Below, piece after piece: positions 9,486 through 21,084 of a stretch of 64,000 nt of DNA (positions within the stretch are counted from its first letter, which is position 1; each line of letters begins with the position of its first letter). Source of the stretch: Candidatus Bathyarchaeota archaeon. Its GTDB lineage: Archaea; Thermoproteota; Bathyarchaeia; Bathyarchaeales; Bathycorpusculaceae. The notes below the pieces were generated by a model. That model did not search any database, was not told the origin of the DNA, and saw nothing but the letters and a program-made list of their open reading frames with translations. The stretch spans positions 1-64,000 of the forward strand of contig CAVRFW010000013.1 of assembly GCA_963720565.1 (NCBI GenBank). The letters run 5' to 3'. A program made the translations under genes and the position numbers.

Positions 9486-10918
9486 TTGCCAAGACGAACG
9501 ATAAGAAGAATTCGGGGGGCGAAAAGCAGTGTGCTCATTTTCGCGGTCATTTTCGCAGTTTTCATATTGTCTTCTTTCGATGTGTGCTGGTTCCCAGGGG
9601 AAACTGCTGACAAAGGCTTTGTCTTTGCCTCAAACTGGACAGAGCATCTGCATTCATCCGAGGAATTTACTGTCTACTACCAAACCGCTGCGTTTTATGA
9701 GGGAAGAAACTGGCTTACAGAAGACAACCTTCCCGAATACTCGGTAGACTCGATCATGATCGGCAACCACTCCTACGCGTTAGCTGAGCCGGCGACGGCG
9801 GCTCTCCTTCTTGCCCTTCTACGCCATTGCCAGGATCATCTCGGCAACGGATTTCTTGGTTCGCTCACTCATGATCGGGATGATCTTCTACACGTGTTTA
9901 AGTGCTCTCTTGGCTCGCAAAATATCTCTCCAGCTAAACCAGAGTCCAATCACCGCAAACTTGACAGCCCTACTGTTTGCGTTCACCACAATGGCCTTTT
10001 CCTATTCCAGGCTTCTCTATCCCCAACCCATTGTCACCCTGCTGATGCTTTTCACCATAGTGTTTCTCCTATCCTGGAAGGAACATGCCAATTCGAAAAC
10101 CCTGTTGTTAAGCGCACTGTTCTTCGGTCTAACCGTATTCTCCTTCAACGCATTCGTAATCACGGCGCCCTTCTTTCTGTACTACCTCTTCAAAGCCGGT
10201 ATCATCAAAAAAAGCAAAGATCTATACAGCATAATCCTAGGAGTGCTGCCAAGCCTCATACTATTTCTCGTCTGGAACCTATCTGTAACAGGCAATCCCA
10301 TCTTAACAGCCAGACAACTCGTGCATCCCTCAATAAGCTTCCAAATACTCTACACAACAACAAACGCTACTTGGCTAAACATAGAAGGCCTAATGGGTTC
10401 ACTGTTCTCGCCGATAGGCGTATTTTTCGTGTCACCCATACTGCTCGCGGCCTTCGCAAACTTCTCCTCGTTCAAAACAAACGCAAAAAACGAAACCGTA
10501 CTTTTCGCCTCGATCATAATTGCCTTCTGGCTTTTCATATCCCTTACAAACTTAGGGGGCGCTGCAGAAAGAGACTTCTGGGTCGGAGGATGGGCAAACA
10601 TAGCCCGATACATGCATGCACCCTCGACACTGCTTACCATCTTCGCATCGGCAATCTTCGCCAGGACTCACCATACCAAAAACCTCATAGCCGCCTTCAC
10701 AGGCATCGCTTATGACGTTAATCAGCTTTCTCGCAAACCTCAGCTACGGAATCCGCCACGATTTCATGGTAGGCTTCCTGAAGGATTTCCCAAGCACCAG
10801 CCTTCTAATATGGCCCTACCAGATGGGATCCAGAGAACTGGGAATCATCTCAATAGCCATAGTCCTCGCCTCCTTGGTATATCCTGCTTACTTGTTCAAA
10901 AACAAATACGGCAGGTAG
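9486..10918 (+). CDS. Polytopic membrane protein, GT-C (PMT/ArnT-like) glycosyltransferase-like; two frameshifts (~9810, ~10710)
   Basis: Three overlapping ORFs (9486, 9811, 10712) join into one multi-TM protein; SEEF loop after TM1, LFSPIGVFFVSP and ARYMH motifs. Confidence 0.65.
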
Positions 10919-11034
10919 ACGCGCTCAAACTACTGCCTAGTTCGCCAACGCGTTCTTCCAAGCGCGCATAGAAGCAGTTCATAGGCAATATAGTTCTGTC
11001 TGGAGGATTGAGAAAAGAAAAAAAAGAGGTTTGT

Positions 11035-12201
11035 TTAGGGTTCAGACGTGGCGGTGACACTGAAGGTTTGGAAGCCCTCACCCATCAGTCTTAACGTGTA
11101 GTTCTCGCCTGCCAATGGAGTTATGACCATTGCAGGATTGTCAGAGTCAAATCCTGTTTGGAGGGCAATGACGCCATTGAAAGTCAGCGTGGCACTTTCG
11201 CCTGGCTGCAGTGTCAGCGAGGAAAACCATGCACCTTCGGGGTTGGTTTCGCGGTGGGTCCCGAAAAGCGGCACCAGTTCTGACCCGCTTATTTTGAAGG
11301 GAATCGTGCTCGGATGGAATCTCTCAAAGAAGTTCTCAAACATACCTTGCCATTCATGCATCATGCCTCGATGGTGTCTTTCCCATAAGGTCCTCTCCCA
11401 AGTTCGGCTTGCGTTGAATTCGCCATGCAGTGTCAACCCGAAAAGTCGAAAAGCGAAGTCGCCTTCGTTCTTCAGTTCTACCGAAAGCATCGTAACATTA
11501 TTTTTCACCAAAAGCGAAGCTGAAACAATCGCCACGTTCTTGTCGAATGCTTCCTTGACACGTATCAGTCTTGTCCTGTGGTTTTCGCCTAGCCTAACGA
11601 TTGTCCCAACCGTTAGTTGAGATGAACTCAGGCTATTGACAACTATGGCAGTGGCGCTTGGAACCAACACGTAATAATTCACGAGTGCCCCATCAGCATC
11701 TGTCGCTTGTATCTGCACGAGGGTCGGATTAAAATCCAACAGCACTCCTGACATTGTCTGATTGACGTATCCATCTGCAACATTAATCACGAGCGTGCTT
11801 GACAAAGTTGTCACGTCATGCGTTGTTCCGTTGATCACGGCTTCAACGTCAGCTATGGTGAACTGCATCTTATCCACTGTTGAACCGACAGGAAGCGTTG
11901 TGGTAGCAAGTGTCTGAGTCATGTTAATGAGCGAGAAGAGATTCACAGTCCCCGAAGCGCCCACAGATAACCATTCTACCGTTCCGTCTGGATAGGTAAC
12001 ATGCAACAAAACACCGGAATACGCCATGTTAAGAACCGTCGTTCCCGCAGGAACGGTCGGAGGATCAGTCAGCATAACCGCGAAAGTCGCTGCATTGGCA
12101 TTCGGTAACATTGATGGATTTGCCAGCAAAGAAACAAAAATTATCGCGACTGCAACTAAGACTGCGGCTGAACCGTACCTAAAAGTCCATTTTCCCGACA
12201 T
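11035..12201 (-). CDS. DUF4382-like secreted protein
   Basis: Signal/TM segment followed by FAVMLTDPP, GTVNLFSL, VLLDFNP. Confidence 0.7.
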   Translation of the reverse strand: MSGKWTFRYGSAAVLVAVAIIFVSLLANPSMLPNANAATFAVMLTDPPTVPAGTTVLNMAYSGVLLHVTYPDGTVEWLSVGASGTVNLFSLINMTQTLATTTLPVGSTVDKMQFTIADVEAVINGTTHDVTTLSSTLVINVADGYVNQTMSGVLLDFNPTLVQIQATDADGALVNYYVLVPSATAIVVNSLSSSQLTVGTIVRLGENHRTRLIRVKEAFDKNVAIVSASLLVKNNVTMLSVELKNEGDFAFRLFGLTLHGEFNASRTWERTLWERHHRGMMHEWQGMFENFFERFHPSTIPFKISGSELVPLFGTHRETNPEGAWFSSLTLQPGESATLTFNGVIALQTGFDSDNPAMVITPLAGENYTLRLMGEGFQTFSVTATSEP

Positions 12202-12282
12202 CTAATCATTCTCCTGCTAACCGTGAATCGCGTTTGGGAATAAGAACCTACATTTTTGAAAGTTCATTCAAAATCCTTGAAT

Positions 12283-12747
12283 CTAACTTTCAGTGGTCTT
12301 GAAACATGACCCAACAGGGCAGAGACTCAGAACAGGGAGCCTTCGCCAGAGCCTCAATGTTTCGTACCAAAACACAACAACCATGGCTAAGCTAACAACC
12401 ACGAGGTGAGGCGTGAAATTCGACAAAAACAGAGCGGCGAAAGAAAAGAACACTATCAAGATAGTGAACAGCAAAGCAAAGAAGAAAAACTGCGGCACAA
12501 TGGTTTTCCCAATCCTTGCGTAGCCTTCAAGAACCTTATCTGATGATTCTTTGGCTGCTGAGTAGACTCCATAGTCGTTTTGAGTGACAAATCCGGCTTC
12601 TGAAAGCTTTCCTAAATGATAGGAAGTCAGGGAAGGAGATGACAAGCCAACTCCCCGTTGGATGTCTCTAAGCTCAGAAGGACCGTGTCTGAGCAGGTAC
12701 AGGTAGACCTTGAGGGTGTTGCCTCTGATTTCTCGGCTTCCTGACAT
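12283..12747 (-). CDS. Membrane-bound winged-helix transcriptional regulator
   Basis: TLKVYLYLL..LRDIQRGVGLSSPSLTSYHLGKL followed by two TM helices. Confidence 0.85.
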   Translation of the reverse strand: MSGSREIRGNTLKVYLYLLRHGPSELRDIQRGVGLSSPSLTSYHLGKLSEAGFVTQNDYGVYSAAKESSDKVLEGYARIGKTIVPQFFFFALLFTILIVFFSFAALFLSNFTPHLVVVSLAMVVVFWYETLRLWRRLPVLSLCPVGSCFKTTES

Positions 12748-13152
12748 GTGACGCCCGAAAATAAAGAGTGAATATCAATACTTAAGAGTTACTATTCACA
12801 CACACCTACCCCCTCTAGGGCACTTAAACTCGCCAATCAGTCCTACCGCAACCCCCAGAATTCTCCAGCGACTAAATGGCCACTAGCAACTCCTGTTAAC
12901 CATTGTCCATTGTCATGCAGGCTTTCAAGTTCCTCTCAATTTCCAATAGACTCTATGATTGCGCGCGCTAATACAGCCTTAAATCGCGGTTTTTTCATCC
13001 TATCTCGTCTATATGGATAATCATAAATAGGGAGGGTTTGAAACAAGAACCAATCCAACTCAATCGAGTGCATTTAGCCGCCAATCAATATTTTTGATTA
13101 ACAAAGGATACATAGCTCATCCACTCAAGACCATAGAATGAGGGCTAAATAA

Positions 13153-13713
13153 TTGGCGATGTTAGAGACAAGGGAATTCACCATTGACCAAAGACTTCTT
13201 TCAGTCAGAAACACCTACGTAGTTAAAGACAAGTATGGTCAACAGTTGGGCTTTATCAAACAAGAATTTCTAAGCTGGGGACCACACTTCTGGTTCGAAG
13301 ACAACTCTGGTGAACGTCTAGGTGAAATCGACGGCAAAGTAGTTACCGTTCATCACGAGTACCAAATCAAAGATAAAGAGGGGCAGATAAGAGCGAGCGT
13401 TAAGAAAAAGATCCTGAAATTGTTCGGAAGTGAATGGTGGATGGAAACTCCAGATGGACACGAACTAGCAAGAATAAAAGGTAACATCGTCAACCACACA
13501 TACGACATGACCGCACCTGACAAAACGGTGATCGCTAAAGTCCACCTCAACTGGGCAACAATCCGAGACGAATACTGCATAGAAATAACCAAACAAGACT
13601 TCAACCCACTCTTGATTCTCGGATACGCAATCGCCATGGACCACGTCGAACACCAAGATAGGAGTTCCGCGTCGAGCGGAGTCAAAGTTATCACAAAACT
13701 CCTTGGACATTAA
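13153..13713 (+). CDS. LURP-one/Tubby C-terminal (scramblase-like) family protein
   Basis: IDQRLLSVRNTY, IKGNIVNHTY, IRDEYCIEI repeated beta-hairpin pattern. Confidence 0.85.
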   Translation: MAMLETREFTIDQRLLSVRNTYVVKDKYGQQLGFIKQEFLSWGPHFWFEDNSGERLGEIDGKVVTVHHEYQIKDKEGQIRASVKKKILKLFGSEWWMETPDGHELARIKGNIVNHTYDMTAPDKTVIAKVHLNWATIRDEYCIEITKQDFNPLLILGYAIAMDHVEHQDRSSASSGVKVITKLLGH

Positions 13714-13817
13714 CAAAACAGAACGCTAGAAACCTCACAAGTTCCCAGCACGCTCAAGTCCGTGCGCGCTAAGCAATATTTTTAAGCGCAAACTTGAGAG
13801 ACGCTTATCGATGTTCA

Positions 13818-14407
13818 ATGACAACTTCGAATGAATGGTGTGTAGCAGTTTTCAAATGCAGTCCTGCTTTGGTGAAAAAGGTGCTTGTTGAAGTCTACAG
13901 GTTTGCCGATGACCTAAAAGGTGTGCGGAGTCTGCATTTCTTGGTCAGAGATAGAGTTGAGGACGAGGTTGTTTTCAGTTTCAGAGTAATGGTTGAACCC
14001 AAATTCAAAGAGATAGTCAAAAGCAAATTAGCTTACAAACTGGGCACGTTACTATCCAAAGACAAGTACATCATCGATCCAACTGCAGAAAACAGTCTTG
14101 GGCAATATGTTGCTTGGCTGCCTGAAGAAGAGAATTCGGGATTTTGGGCAAAGCAAGTTTAACCAGTTCATCGACCTTCTCAAAAACATTGAGCGCCCTT
14201 GTCGTTCAGCTGATTGAGAATGACTACTCCGCTTCAGGCGAGAGAGTTGAACTAGCACACGTTATGTCTTGGATGCTTGGATGCACCGAGTATGGACTGC
14301 TTAGCACCTCTGGAATGGAAGTAGGGTACTATGACCGCTTGGAAGACAAGTATTGTTCGTATTTGAGACAGGACTTCCCAAAGTCAACTGATAAAAAGAA
14401 ACCATAA
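13818..14407 (+). CDS. Hypothetical protein, frameshifted near 14130-14190
   Basis: Overlapping ORFs 13794..14162 and 14144..14407, upstream TATA-like TTTTAAG. Confidence 0.6.
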
Positions 14408-14536
14408 ACTATACCTTGAGACGAATTCCGTTTTCCTAAGCCGCAGGAAACAGCCATTGAATCTGTAATTTTCTAATTCCTAAAAAGAATAAGGAGCAGA
14501 AAAGACGGGAACGCGCAACAGAAAATATTGACGGGA

Positions 14537-14918
14537 TTATTTAACCCATAGATTGAAAATGTTTTCTCCTGAAAGGTCATAACGGTCTTCGCCGACTTCA
14601 GGCGTATATTCTCCAATGCTCGTTATTGTTTTGTCGTCTGTAACGAGGAAACATTTTGCTTCAAGTATAGGTCTGTCCAGACCCCTCTTGAACAAAAGCT
14701 ACGTACCAACCGTTCGTAGCTTGTTTTGTTTGGATTGATTGTGGCGGTAGATTGTCATTTGGGTAGTTTTTGTATTCTGGGTAGGCAGCTTTCAATAAGG
14801 AAATGGCTTCAGATTCTGTTAGGCCACTTTTGTTGCCGTTTGCAGTATAGAAGACAGCAACAGCCATTAGCACTACAACTACGAATACTATGATGCCGAT
14901 TTTTTGGTTTTGCTTCAT
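14537..14918 (-). CDS. Small membrane-anchored hypothetical protein, frameshift near 14675
   Basis: ORF 14661..14918 continues in a shifted frame RPILEAKCFLVTDDK...NLWVK*. Confidence 0.6.
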
Positions 14919-14989
14919 TTTATTAACCTATGAGAAATGAAGGTCATAAACCTTCTCACTATCAACGGGTTGGGTTGGTTTGGGTTGGA

Positions 14990-15085
14990 TTATAATTTAG
15001 GTTCCTCCTTCCTTCCGTTGACGTTAAAAGACTTCAGTTTAAGCACTGCTATTCCTAAAATTGCAAGAGCAATCATCCAGAGCGC
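14990..15085 (-). pseudogene. Orphan C-terminal TM + basic tail fragment
   Basis: ALWMIALAILGIAVLKLKSFNVNGRKEEPKL*, beginning inside the GCGCGCGC run at 15082-15089. Confidence 0.45.
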
Positions 15086-15244
15086 GCGCTCACAAATCGG
15101 GATGCGATAAGGTTTTGTAAAAATTAGCTAAAAGTAGAAAAAGAGGGTCCTACTGAACGTTTTTTTTTGCTTCGGTCGCCTTGTTCCAGTTCCCTCATTT
15201 CACGGATGAAGCCCCTGAGCAACTCACAGCGAGCGCGTTATGAT

Positions 15245-16629
15245 TTAGCATAACCTATGCTTCGTCAGGATGGTGTTGTCGGCCCCCTCATCGAGAACCG
15301 TTGTGCCTTTCCTCGCTACTACACGGCAATGACTAGTGCCGTCCGAGAGCCATATATCTGCAAGGACAGACGCAAAACCTTTGAAGGTGTTACCGCTGAT
15401 TACGCAGCCAGTGGAAGATCCGCTGTATATTCCGCCTACGTAGATTCCTGCAAATCCCGTGCCTGTGATTCTGTTATCGATGACCTTGACATCTCGAACA
15501 GGCCAGCAACAAATCCCTCCCCACTCTGTGTCCAGCGATATGTCGTTGTCAGAGATAATCGCATCCAGAGACTTGCCGCCAGGCGGTTCGGTCGCCTCGG
15601 ATGGACAAGCCAAGTCCCAGAGCTCTATCGCCTCCCCATCACCACCTACATGAATGGTGTTGTGGTGTATGAGGAAGAACGCATTCGCAGGTACAGGACC
15701 AGGATACGAATCCCAACCCAACCCCCCAGTCCAAGCCTTTACGTTGTAAGCAACGCACCCCTGCCAGCATAGAACGCCAAACCCGGTTTGTATGTCCTTC
15801 ATTTGATTGTACGAGATTTCTACTCTCGAGTTGACGATATCAAACAGGAATACGGAGAGCTCATTCCTAAGAAAGACTGTCCGAGTGATTATTGCTTTGC
15901 TGTTCAGCAGGTAGCCAATTCTGAAGCCGTTGTCGATATGTTCAAAGGAGCAGTCGGTCACGGTTTGGCTCCCCGATACCGGTTCGCCGGTCATTCTTTC
16001 TTCAAAGTAGCCCTTAATCCCTAGTAACAGTTAGCGCCGTTCAAGACGTTGTAACTTGTCCCACCTACTTCATAATCTCCTTCATGACCGACGAATCGAA
16101 CCCGCTCAACCCTCGAGTCTGCATTTCCCATTATTCTTATCACGTCGGTGCCTGTGAGATCATTGATTTCCCATGGGAAGGGAGGGGCCCAGTGTTCAGC
16201 TGGCTCTCTGGCCGTGATGTCGAAAGTCATGTCTCTTATCCTGATATCACCATCTTTGAAGCCGAAGAGAAAGACAAAACCGTCGTCTTCAACACTGCGT
16301 ATGAGTCCTGGAAGAGTTGGATCTAGCCCTCTGAGGGTGTCAATGACCGTTAGGTCTCTGCCAGCTCCTTCGAACGTTCCCCGAAAGTTCTCCACGAATA
16401 CATTGCCGCAGTAGAAATGCCCAGCCGTCAGCTTGACAGTGCTTCTTGGGCCTGCTGCCACAGCCGAGTCAAATGCGCCCTGAATGCTTGCGGTGTCATC
16501 TCCTCCACTAGGGGAGACTACAAACTTGTATGGGTTAGCCCGAACCGTGGTGGTCGCAGCCATTAGAGGCGCTATTGTGAACAGGATCAGAAGAACTAGC
16601 ACTGGAATCAAAAACAGCTTTTTCTTCAA
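15245..16629 (-). CDS. Secreted right-handed parallel beta-helix protein, frameshift near 16030
   Basis: Signal peptide, VSPSGGDDTASIQGAFD start motif, IHHNTI/ISDNDI/VIDNRI/ISGNTF repeats; GGAGGTGA RBS. Confidence 0.8.
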
Positions 16630-16756
16630 TCTTTTTCACCTCCTCTCCAAATTATAGTTGAGAATGAATCAACAAATCGTCGAAAACAAGTTAAGCAACT
16701 TCAGAATATATGGTTAGGTGAGTGACAAGACTCAATCACCTCCATTTTAGGCGAGA

Positions 16757-18850
16757 ATGGTTTTGGTCAAGGGCGAGGAAAAAATCAAAAGTGTTCTCAA
16801 GGATTTCGGTCTAACGGAAACGGAGGCTGAAGTCTACATGTTTCTCGCCAAACACGACTCTTTGAAAGGCACAGAAATAGCCAAACAAATCAAGAAAGAC
16901 AAAGCCCAAGTCTATCATATCCTCAGAAGCCTGCAAGCAAAAGGACTCGTTGAGTCAACCCTCGAAGCGCCTGTACGATTCGCGCCCGTCCCCTTCGAAA
17001 GAATTATCGAGTCAACCATAAGAGCAAAACGCGAAGAAGCCACACGCATAGAAAAGGCCAAAGGAGACCTGCTCGACTACTGGAAAAACATAAGCAAAAC
17101 CAAACCTGAAATGCCAACAGAGAAGTTTGTCCTAATCGAGGGACACCACAAGGTATACCCGAAAATCTCAGAGATGATAGCCAAGACCAAAAACCAGCTA
17201 TCAACGATAACCACAGTCAATAGCTTGTTGCAGGCTGACCAGTTCGGTCTTTACGACGTTGCCTTCACTCACCCATTGAAGTCTCAGATCCAGTTCCGTT
17301 TTCTAACAGAATTGTCCAGCCGAAACCTGAAGGGAATGAAAACAATTCTGCAGAAAATGTCTCGGAAAGGATTCAATTTCAGGGTGAGAAACCCCGATTT
17401 GGGTCAAAAGATGTTTCCGCGAATGGTCATCAGAGACAACGAAGAAGCATTCTTTTTCATAACGACGCCTCGAACGGCGTGTTCCACGGAGGAAGATGAT
17501 AATCTGAGCTTGTGGACTAACTGCAGAGACCTTGTTCAAGCATTCAGCGGCCTATTCGAGGATCTGTGGTGCAACTCAACTGATATGCAGAAAAAGATAG
17601 CTGAGATTGAAACTGGAAAACCGCCGCCCAAAACCTGCGTTATCAGCGATGCGGAAACAGCGCACAAAAAGTATCACGAAATCATGCACTCGGCTGAGAA
17701 GGCGGTCGCCATGATGACCTCTTCAAAAGGACTAAGTGCAAGCTGGAAAGGCAAAAGCCTCATTGAGGAGTGGACCAAAAGAGGCGTTTCCGTGAGGATC
17801 ATGGCACCAATAACGAGCGAGAACTTGGAAGCCGCGCAGCAATTATTGAAGAGCTGCGAGGTAAGGCATATTCCAGTATCATATTTAGGAACAACGATTA
17901 TTGATGGACAGCACCTTTTCCAGTTCAAAAACCCTCCACCCGAAAAGGAAGAGTTGCGGGTGATGCCGTATTTTGAGAACACCTTCTACACGAATGATTC
18001 CGAATATGTGACAAAAACGAAAAATATGTTTGATGACATCTGGAGAAAGGCAAACGCACCCTCAGCCATCACGGTTAAATCAGTCACCACACCCAGCGCG
18101 ACCACGACTACCCCTATTCCCGAAGGAACATTGACTAGAGCAATCAAAAAAGCTAGCGGACCGACCGTTCTTGAAGAGCAAAGACCCTTAGAGAAAACAA
18201 CGGAAAAAGACATTTTGAACAAGATACTTACCGCTAAGAGAATCCCAGCCAAAGATCCTTCAAAAGAGATAACAAGACATTACGGCACTAACGCACAGGC
18301 TATCATTCACCCACCAGCCCACTTTAACCTGCCCGATATACTATTCTATATCTTCCACAACCACAAGAATTCTTCATTTGGGGCAGAGGATGCCATATTT
18401 GTCAATTTGTGGCTTGAGACCCCGAATGGTCATGCTTACGTGGCCGTGACTTACGTCGGGGACAATCCCGAAGCCGCTGAGTTTTGGAGAAATTACACGT
18501 TTCCAGGTTCGCCTGCTGCGCAAAATGTTCAACTGGTCAAAAAAGACGAGTTGCAGATAATGGTTCATGGTAACACTCTTTTTGCTGGTTGGACGACACC
18601 GATACAGCTTTTGCCGTCACTTAGCCTTCCTCCTTCATGCATACTTCTCGAAGGATACGGTGAAGTAAAAACCTACACATACACTCTGCTCTATCCCAAA
18701 GGCCACAGAATGCGGGTAGAGGCGAACGGTTTAGAGGCTTTTGTTACTTTCCTTCACCCCTTGTCGAAGTATTCAGGACCTGGGACCGACGGATTCCTAT
18801 CCAGAGAGAGCATCGTGGAATATTACCCTCCACAAACAAGCACTTGCTAG
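16757..18850 (+). CDS. Long TrmB-family transcriptional regulator (HTH + two effector-type domains + C-terminal extension)
   Basis: FGLTETEAEVY..VYHILRSLQAKGLVE..P HTH; duplicated RFLTE/RIMAP...FEDLW/FDDIW domains. Confidence 0.9.
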   Translation: MVLVKGEEKIKSVLKDFGLTETEAEVYMFLAKHDSLKGTEIAKQIKKDKAQVYHILRSLQAKGLVESTLEAPVRFAPVPFERIIESTIRAKREEATRIEKAKGDLLDYWKNISKTKPEMPTEKFVLIEGHHKVYPKISEMIAKTKNQLSTITTVNSLLQADQFGLYDVAFTHPLKSQIQFRFLTELSSRNLKGMKTILQKMSRKGFNFRVRNPDLGQKMFPRMVIRDNEEAFFFITTPRTACSTEEDDNLSLWTNCRDLVQAFSGLFEDLWCNSTDMQKKIAEIETGKPPPKTCVISDAETAHKKYHEIMHSAEKAVAMMTSSKGLSASWKGKSLIEEWTKRGVSVRIMAPITSENLEAAQQLLKSCEVRHIPVSYLGTTIIDGQHLFQFKNPPPEKEELRVMPYFENTFYTNDSEYVTKTKNMFDDIWRKANAPSAITVKSVTTPSATTTTPIPEGTLTRAIKKASGPTVLEEQRPLEKTTEKDILNKILTAKRIPAKDPSKEITRHYGTNAQAIIHPPAHFNLPDILFYIFHNHKNSSFGAEDAIFVNLWLETPNGHAYVAVTYVGDNPEAAEFWRNYTFPGSPAAQNVQLVKKDELQIMVHGNTLFAGWTTPIQLLPSLSLPPSCILLEGYGEVKTYTYTLLYPKGHRMRVEANGLEAFVTFLHPLSKYSGPGTDGFLSRESIVEYYPPQTSTC

Positions 18851-19244
18851 TAGTTCTCGCGTGCGGGCGCTGGTAATCTGAGTCTTTGTGATGTCGCCAA
18901 TCCGTTTCCTCTCAGCGCAGGCGAGTAACGTTTATCCAGAAGCGGGGACGAATGGTAATTGGTATATATAGGTGGCATAAATCCAACCAAATGTCTGATC
19001 TTCGGGTGGCATCTCCACTTCCAGGTAGTTCAAATCAACCCCTCCTTTTCTTCATTGGCTTCATGAATTTTATTTAAACCGAAATCAAAACGAACTCCTT
19101 GATAAGGGAAGGTTGCTCAAAACAGAAGCTGGGCAAGTTTTTGTGATCTCGTGTTTTAGTAAAACCCTGCTACCTCTGTTTCAAGAACAGAAATTCCTGG
19201 TGTCACTTCGTCTGTGTGCACCTAGGTGCTTGCCTGCCTGTGTC

Positions 19245-19380
19245 AAGTGAGAGAGAGTACGATATAGAGAGTGTGAGAGTGAGTGAGAGAGTGACAGTGG
19301 GAGTGACAGTGTGAGAGTCACAGCGGTGCTGAGTGAGTGATGAAGAGAGAGAGGACTAAATTTTAATCGAGAGAGAGAGT
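19245..19380. repeat. GA/GT low-complexity tract (GAGAGT, GTGACA units) containing ACTAAATTTTAAT
   Basis: Directly visible; intergenic. Confidence 0.85.
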
Positions 19381-19617
19381 TCAGAACCAGCAAAAGAGGG
19401 CAGACCAGTAAACGCACGTACACTACGCTTAGGAGCAAGGCACAAAACATGGTAAAAATGGGGTATTCAGAGGGCACTATATCTCTCCAGCACGTACCAG
19501 AATTATAGACGTCTCTTTCTACTAAACTACTAAACGGGCAAAAAAGGGTGATTTTGGCTGAAAAAAGGCGGGACTGGGACATGCATTCATAAGGTTATGT
19601 TGGTTTCACAGCCACAG

Positions 19618-20505
19618 TTACTCTTTGCGAATAACTATGTACGGTTCAGACTTCATCTTCTTGATGTATACGACCAACGCCACTAAAGCCACGATTGCCA
19701 CAGCAAGTACATACATTATGTCTCTTGTTATCGTTAGTTCTGTGTCTCGCTTGTCAACTGTGTTTCCCAGACTGTCTTTTTCAGCCTTGAGGGAACAATA
19801 GGTCTGGTTGAGTGTTTTGTAACTTTCTTCAAGCGAATCATAGGAAGTTTCTAAAGCGTCATAGGTTGCTTTTTGATTGAAATGGGTGGAGTTTAACGAT
19901 TCAAAGGTTGCCTGCAGAGAGTTGTATTGATTGAGCAATGAGCTGTATGTTGAGTTTAGTCCACCATACTGCGTGGAAAGACCATTGTAGGAGCCGAGCA
20001 GAGTCTCATAATCTGTCAAAAGGCTACTATAGTTTGCCACCAACTCATCATAAGTCACTGTTCTTACATGGGTTGCGTAAAAAATGTAAGTTGAGGTTAG
20101 AAGAGTCCTGTCGGTTTGAACATACATATAGCAGGAGAGGGTCTCATGCGAATTTTGAGGCAACGTGAATTGTATCGGGTTTTGAAGAGGATTATTTGGG
20201 TTCATGTTCAGCGAAAGTATCTGCTTTTCGTTGACTTGTTGCCAGCTCATGTCAACGAGGGCTTTAATGACGAGCGTGAAGTTCAGCAACTTGAGTCCAG
20301 TCTGCGCTGTTATCGTCAAGTTGAGCGTTATGGCTTCTGCAGGATGGGCTTCTTCAGGAAACTCTCCCAAATCAATAACAACTCCTGCGCCTTCAAATGA
20401 GACATTACCAACAGGCAAGGCATCTGTCTCAAGAATAGTTTCCGATAAGAAGCACAGTAAAGCAACTAGGCAAACTATGACTTTAAGTCTCATCGGAAAT
20501 TCCAC
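19618..20505 (-). CDS. Secreted/membrane-anchored protein with coiled-coil stalk
   Basis: Signal peptide, heptad Y..L...Y..L repeats, C-terminal TM + KK. Confidence 0.8.
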   Translation of the reverse strand: MEFPMRLKVIVCLVALLCFLSETILETDALPVGNVSFEGAGVVIDLGEFPEEAHPAEAITLNLTITAQTGLKLLNFTLVIKALVDMSWQQVNEKQILSLNMNPNNPLQNPIQFTLPQNSHETLSCYMYVQTDRTLLTSTYIFYATHVRTVTYDELVANYSSLLTDYETLLGSYNGLSTQYGGLNSTYSSLLNQYNSLQATFESLNSTHFNQKATYDALETSYDSLEESYKTLNQTYCSLKAEKDSLGNTVDKRDTELTITRDIMYVLAVAIVALVALVVYIKKMKSEPYIVIRKE

Positions 20506-21084
20506 AAGACTATCTGTGAAAGCGTATTTATAATTAATTAATTATAGATAACGATCTTCTGTCAGTGTGTGTGCATTAAATTTTAGTCTTGTATGTGTAA
20601 GGAATGCGGCGCTAAACGGAGTATTTTATGGCATAATAGCTTGGTTAGTCTTCACATTCGGGGTTAAGAGATTCTTAAAAACATAATGCGCGCGTCAGTT
20701 TCGCTGGTTGGATAAAAAAATACAGAGTCTGGGAAGCTAATCGCGAGGTTTCCCTTTTTCCCGAAAACTCGCGCGGTCATGTTTCCCAAGAATCAGAGTA
20801 GGCACGCTCTATCAGTGTGGCTCTGCATTTGGACCAGTTGCCTAGCTGTATTCTTCCCTTAATTAAATATAGAAATATTGCACTTGGTGCATGGGCGAGC
20901 GCCACATTCAGGACAACAAACGACACGTATTATTCTTTTTTAGCGCGCCCGAAAAATGCTTTAGGCTTCAAATATGAACAAGAAAAGACATGCTCAAAGG
21001 TAACGCACACCCTTAAGTCTATTAGCAACAGTGCATTGAAGCCAACTAGCGCGCGCCGAATGACAGAGCGCGCTAGAAACTGAG

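Noticed and set aside
9353..9610. 85-aa ORF upstream of the GT-C-like gene
   Set aside because: It overlaps the probable true start of the membrane protein and has no motif; probably a frameshift artefact or remnant.
19181..19582. 133-aa minus-strand ORF rich in SLSH
   Set aside because: It is the translation of the GA/GT low-complexity tract, with no RBS or protein-like composition.
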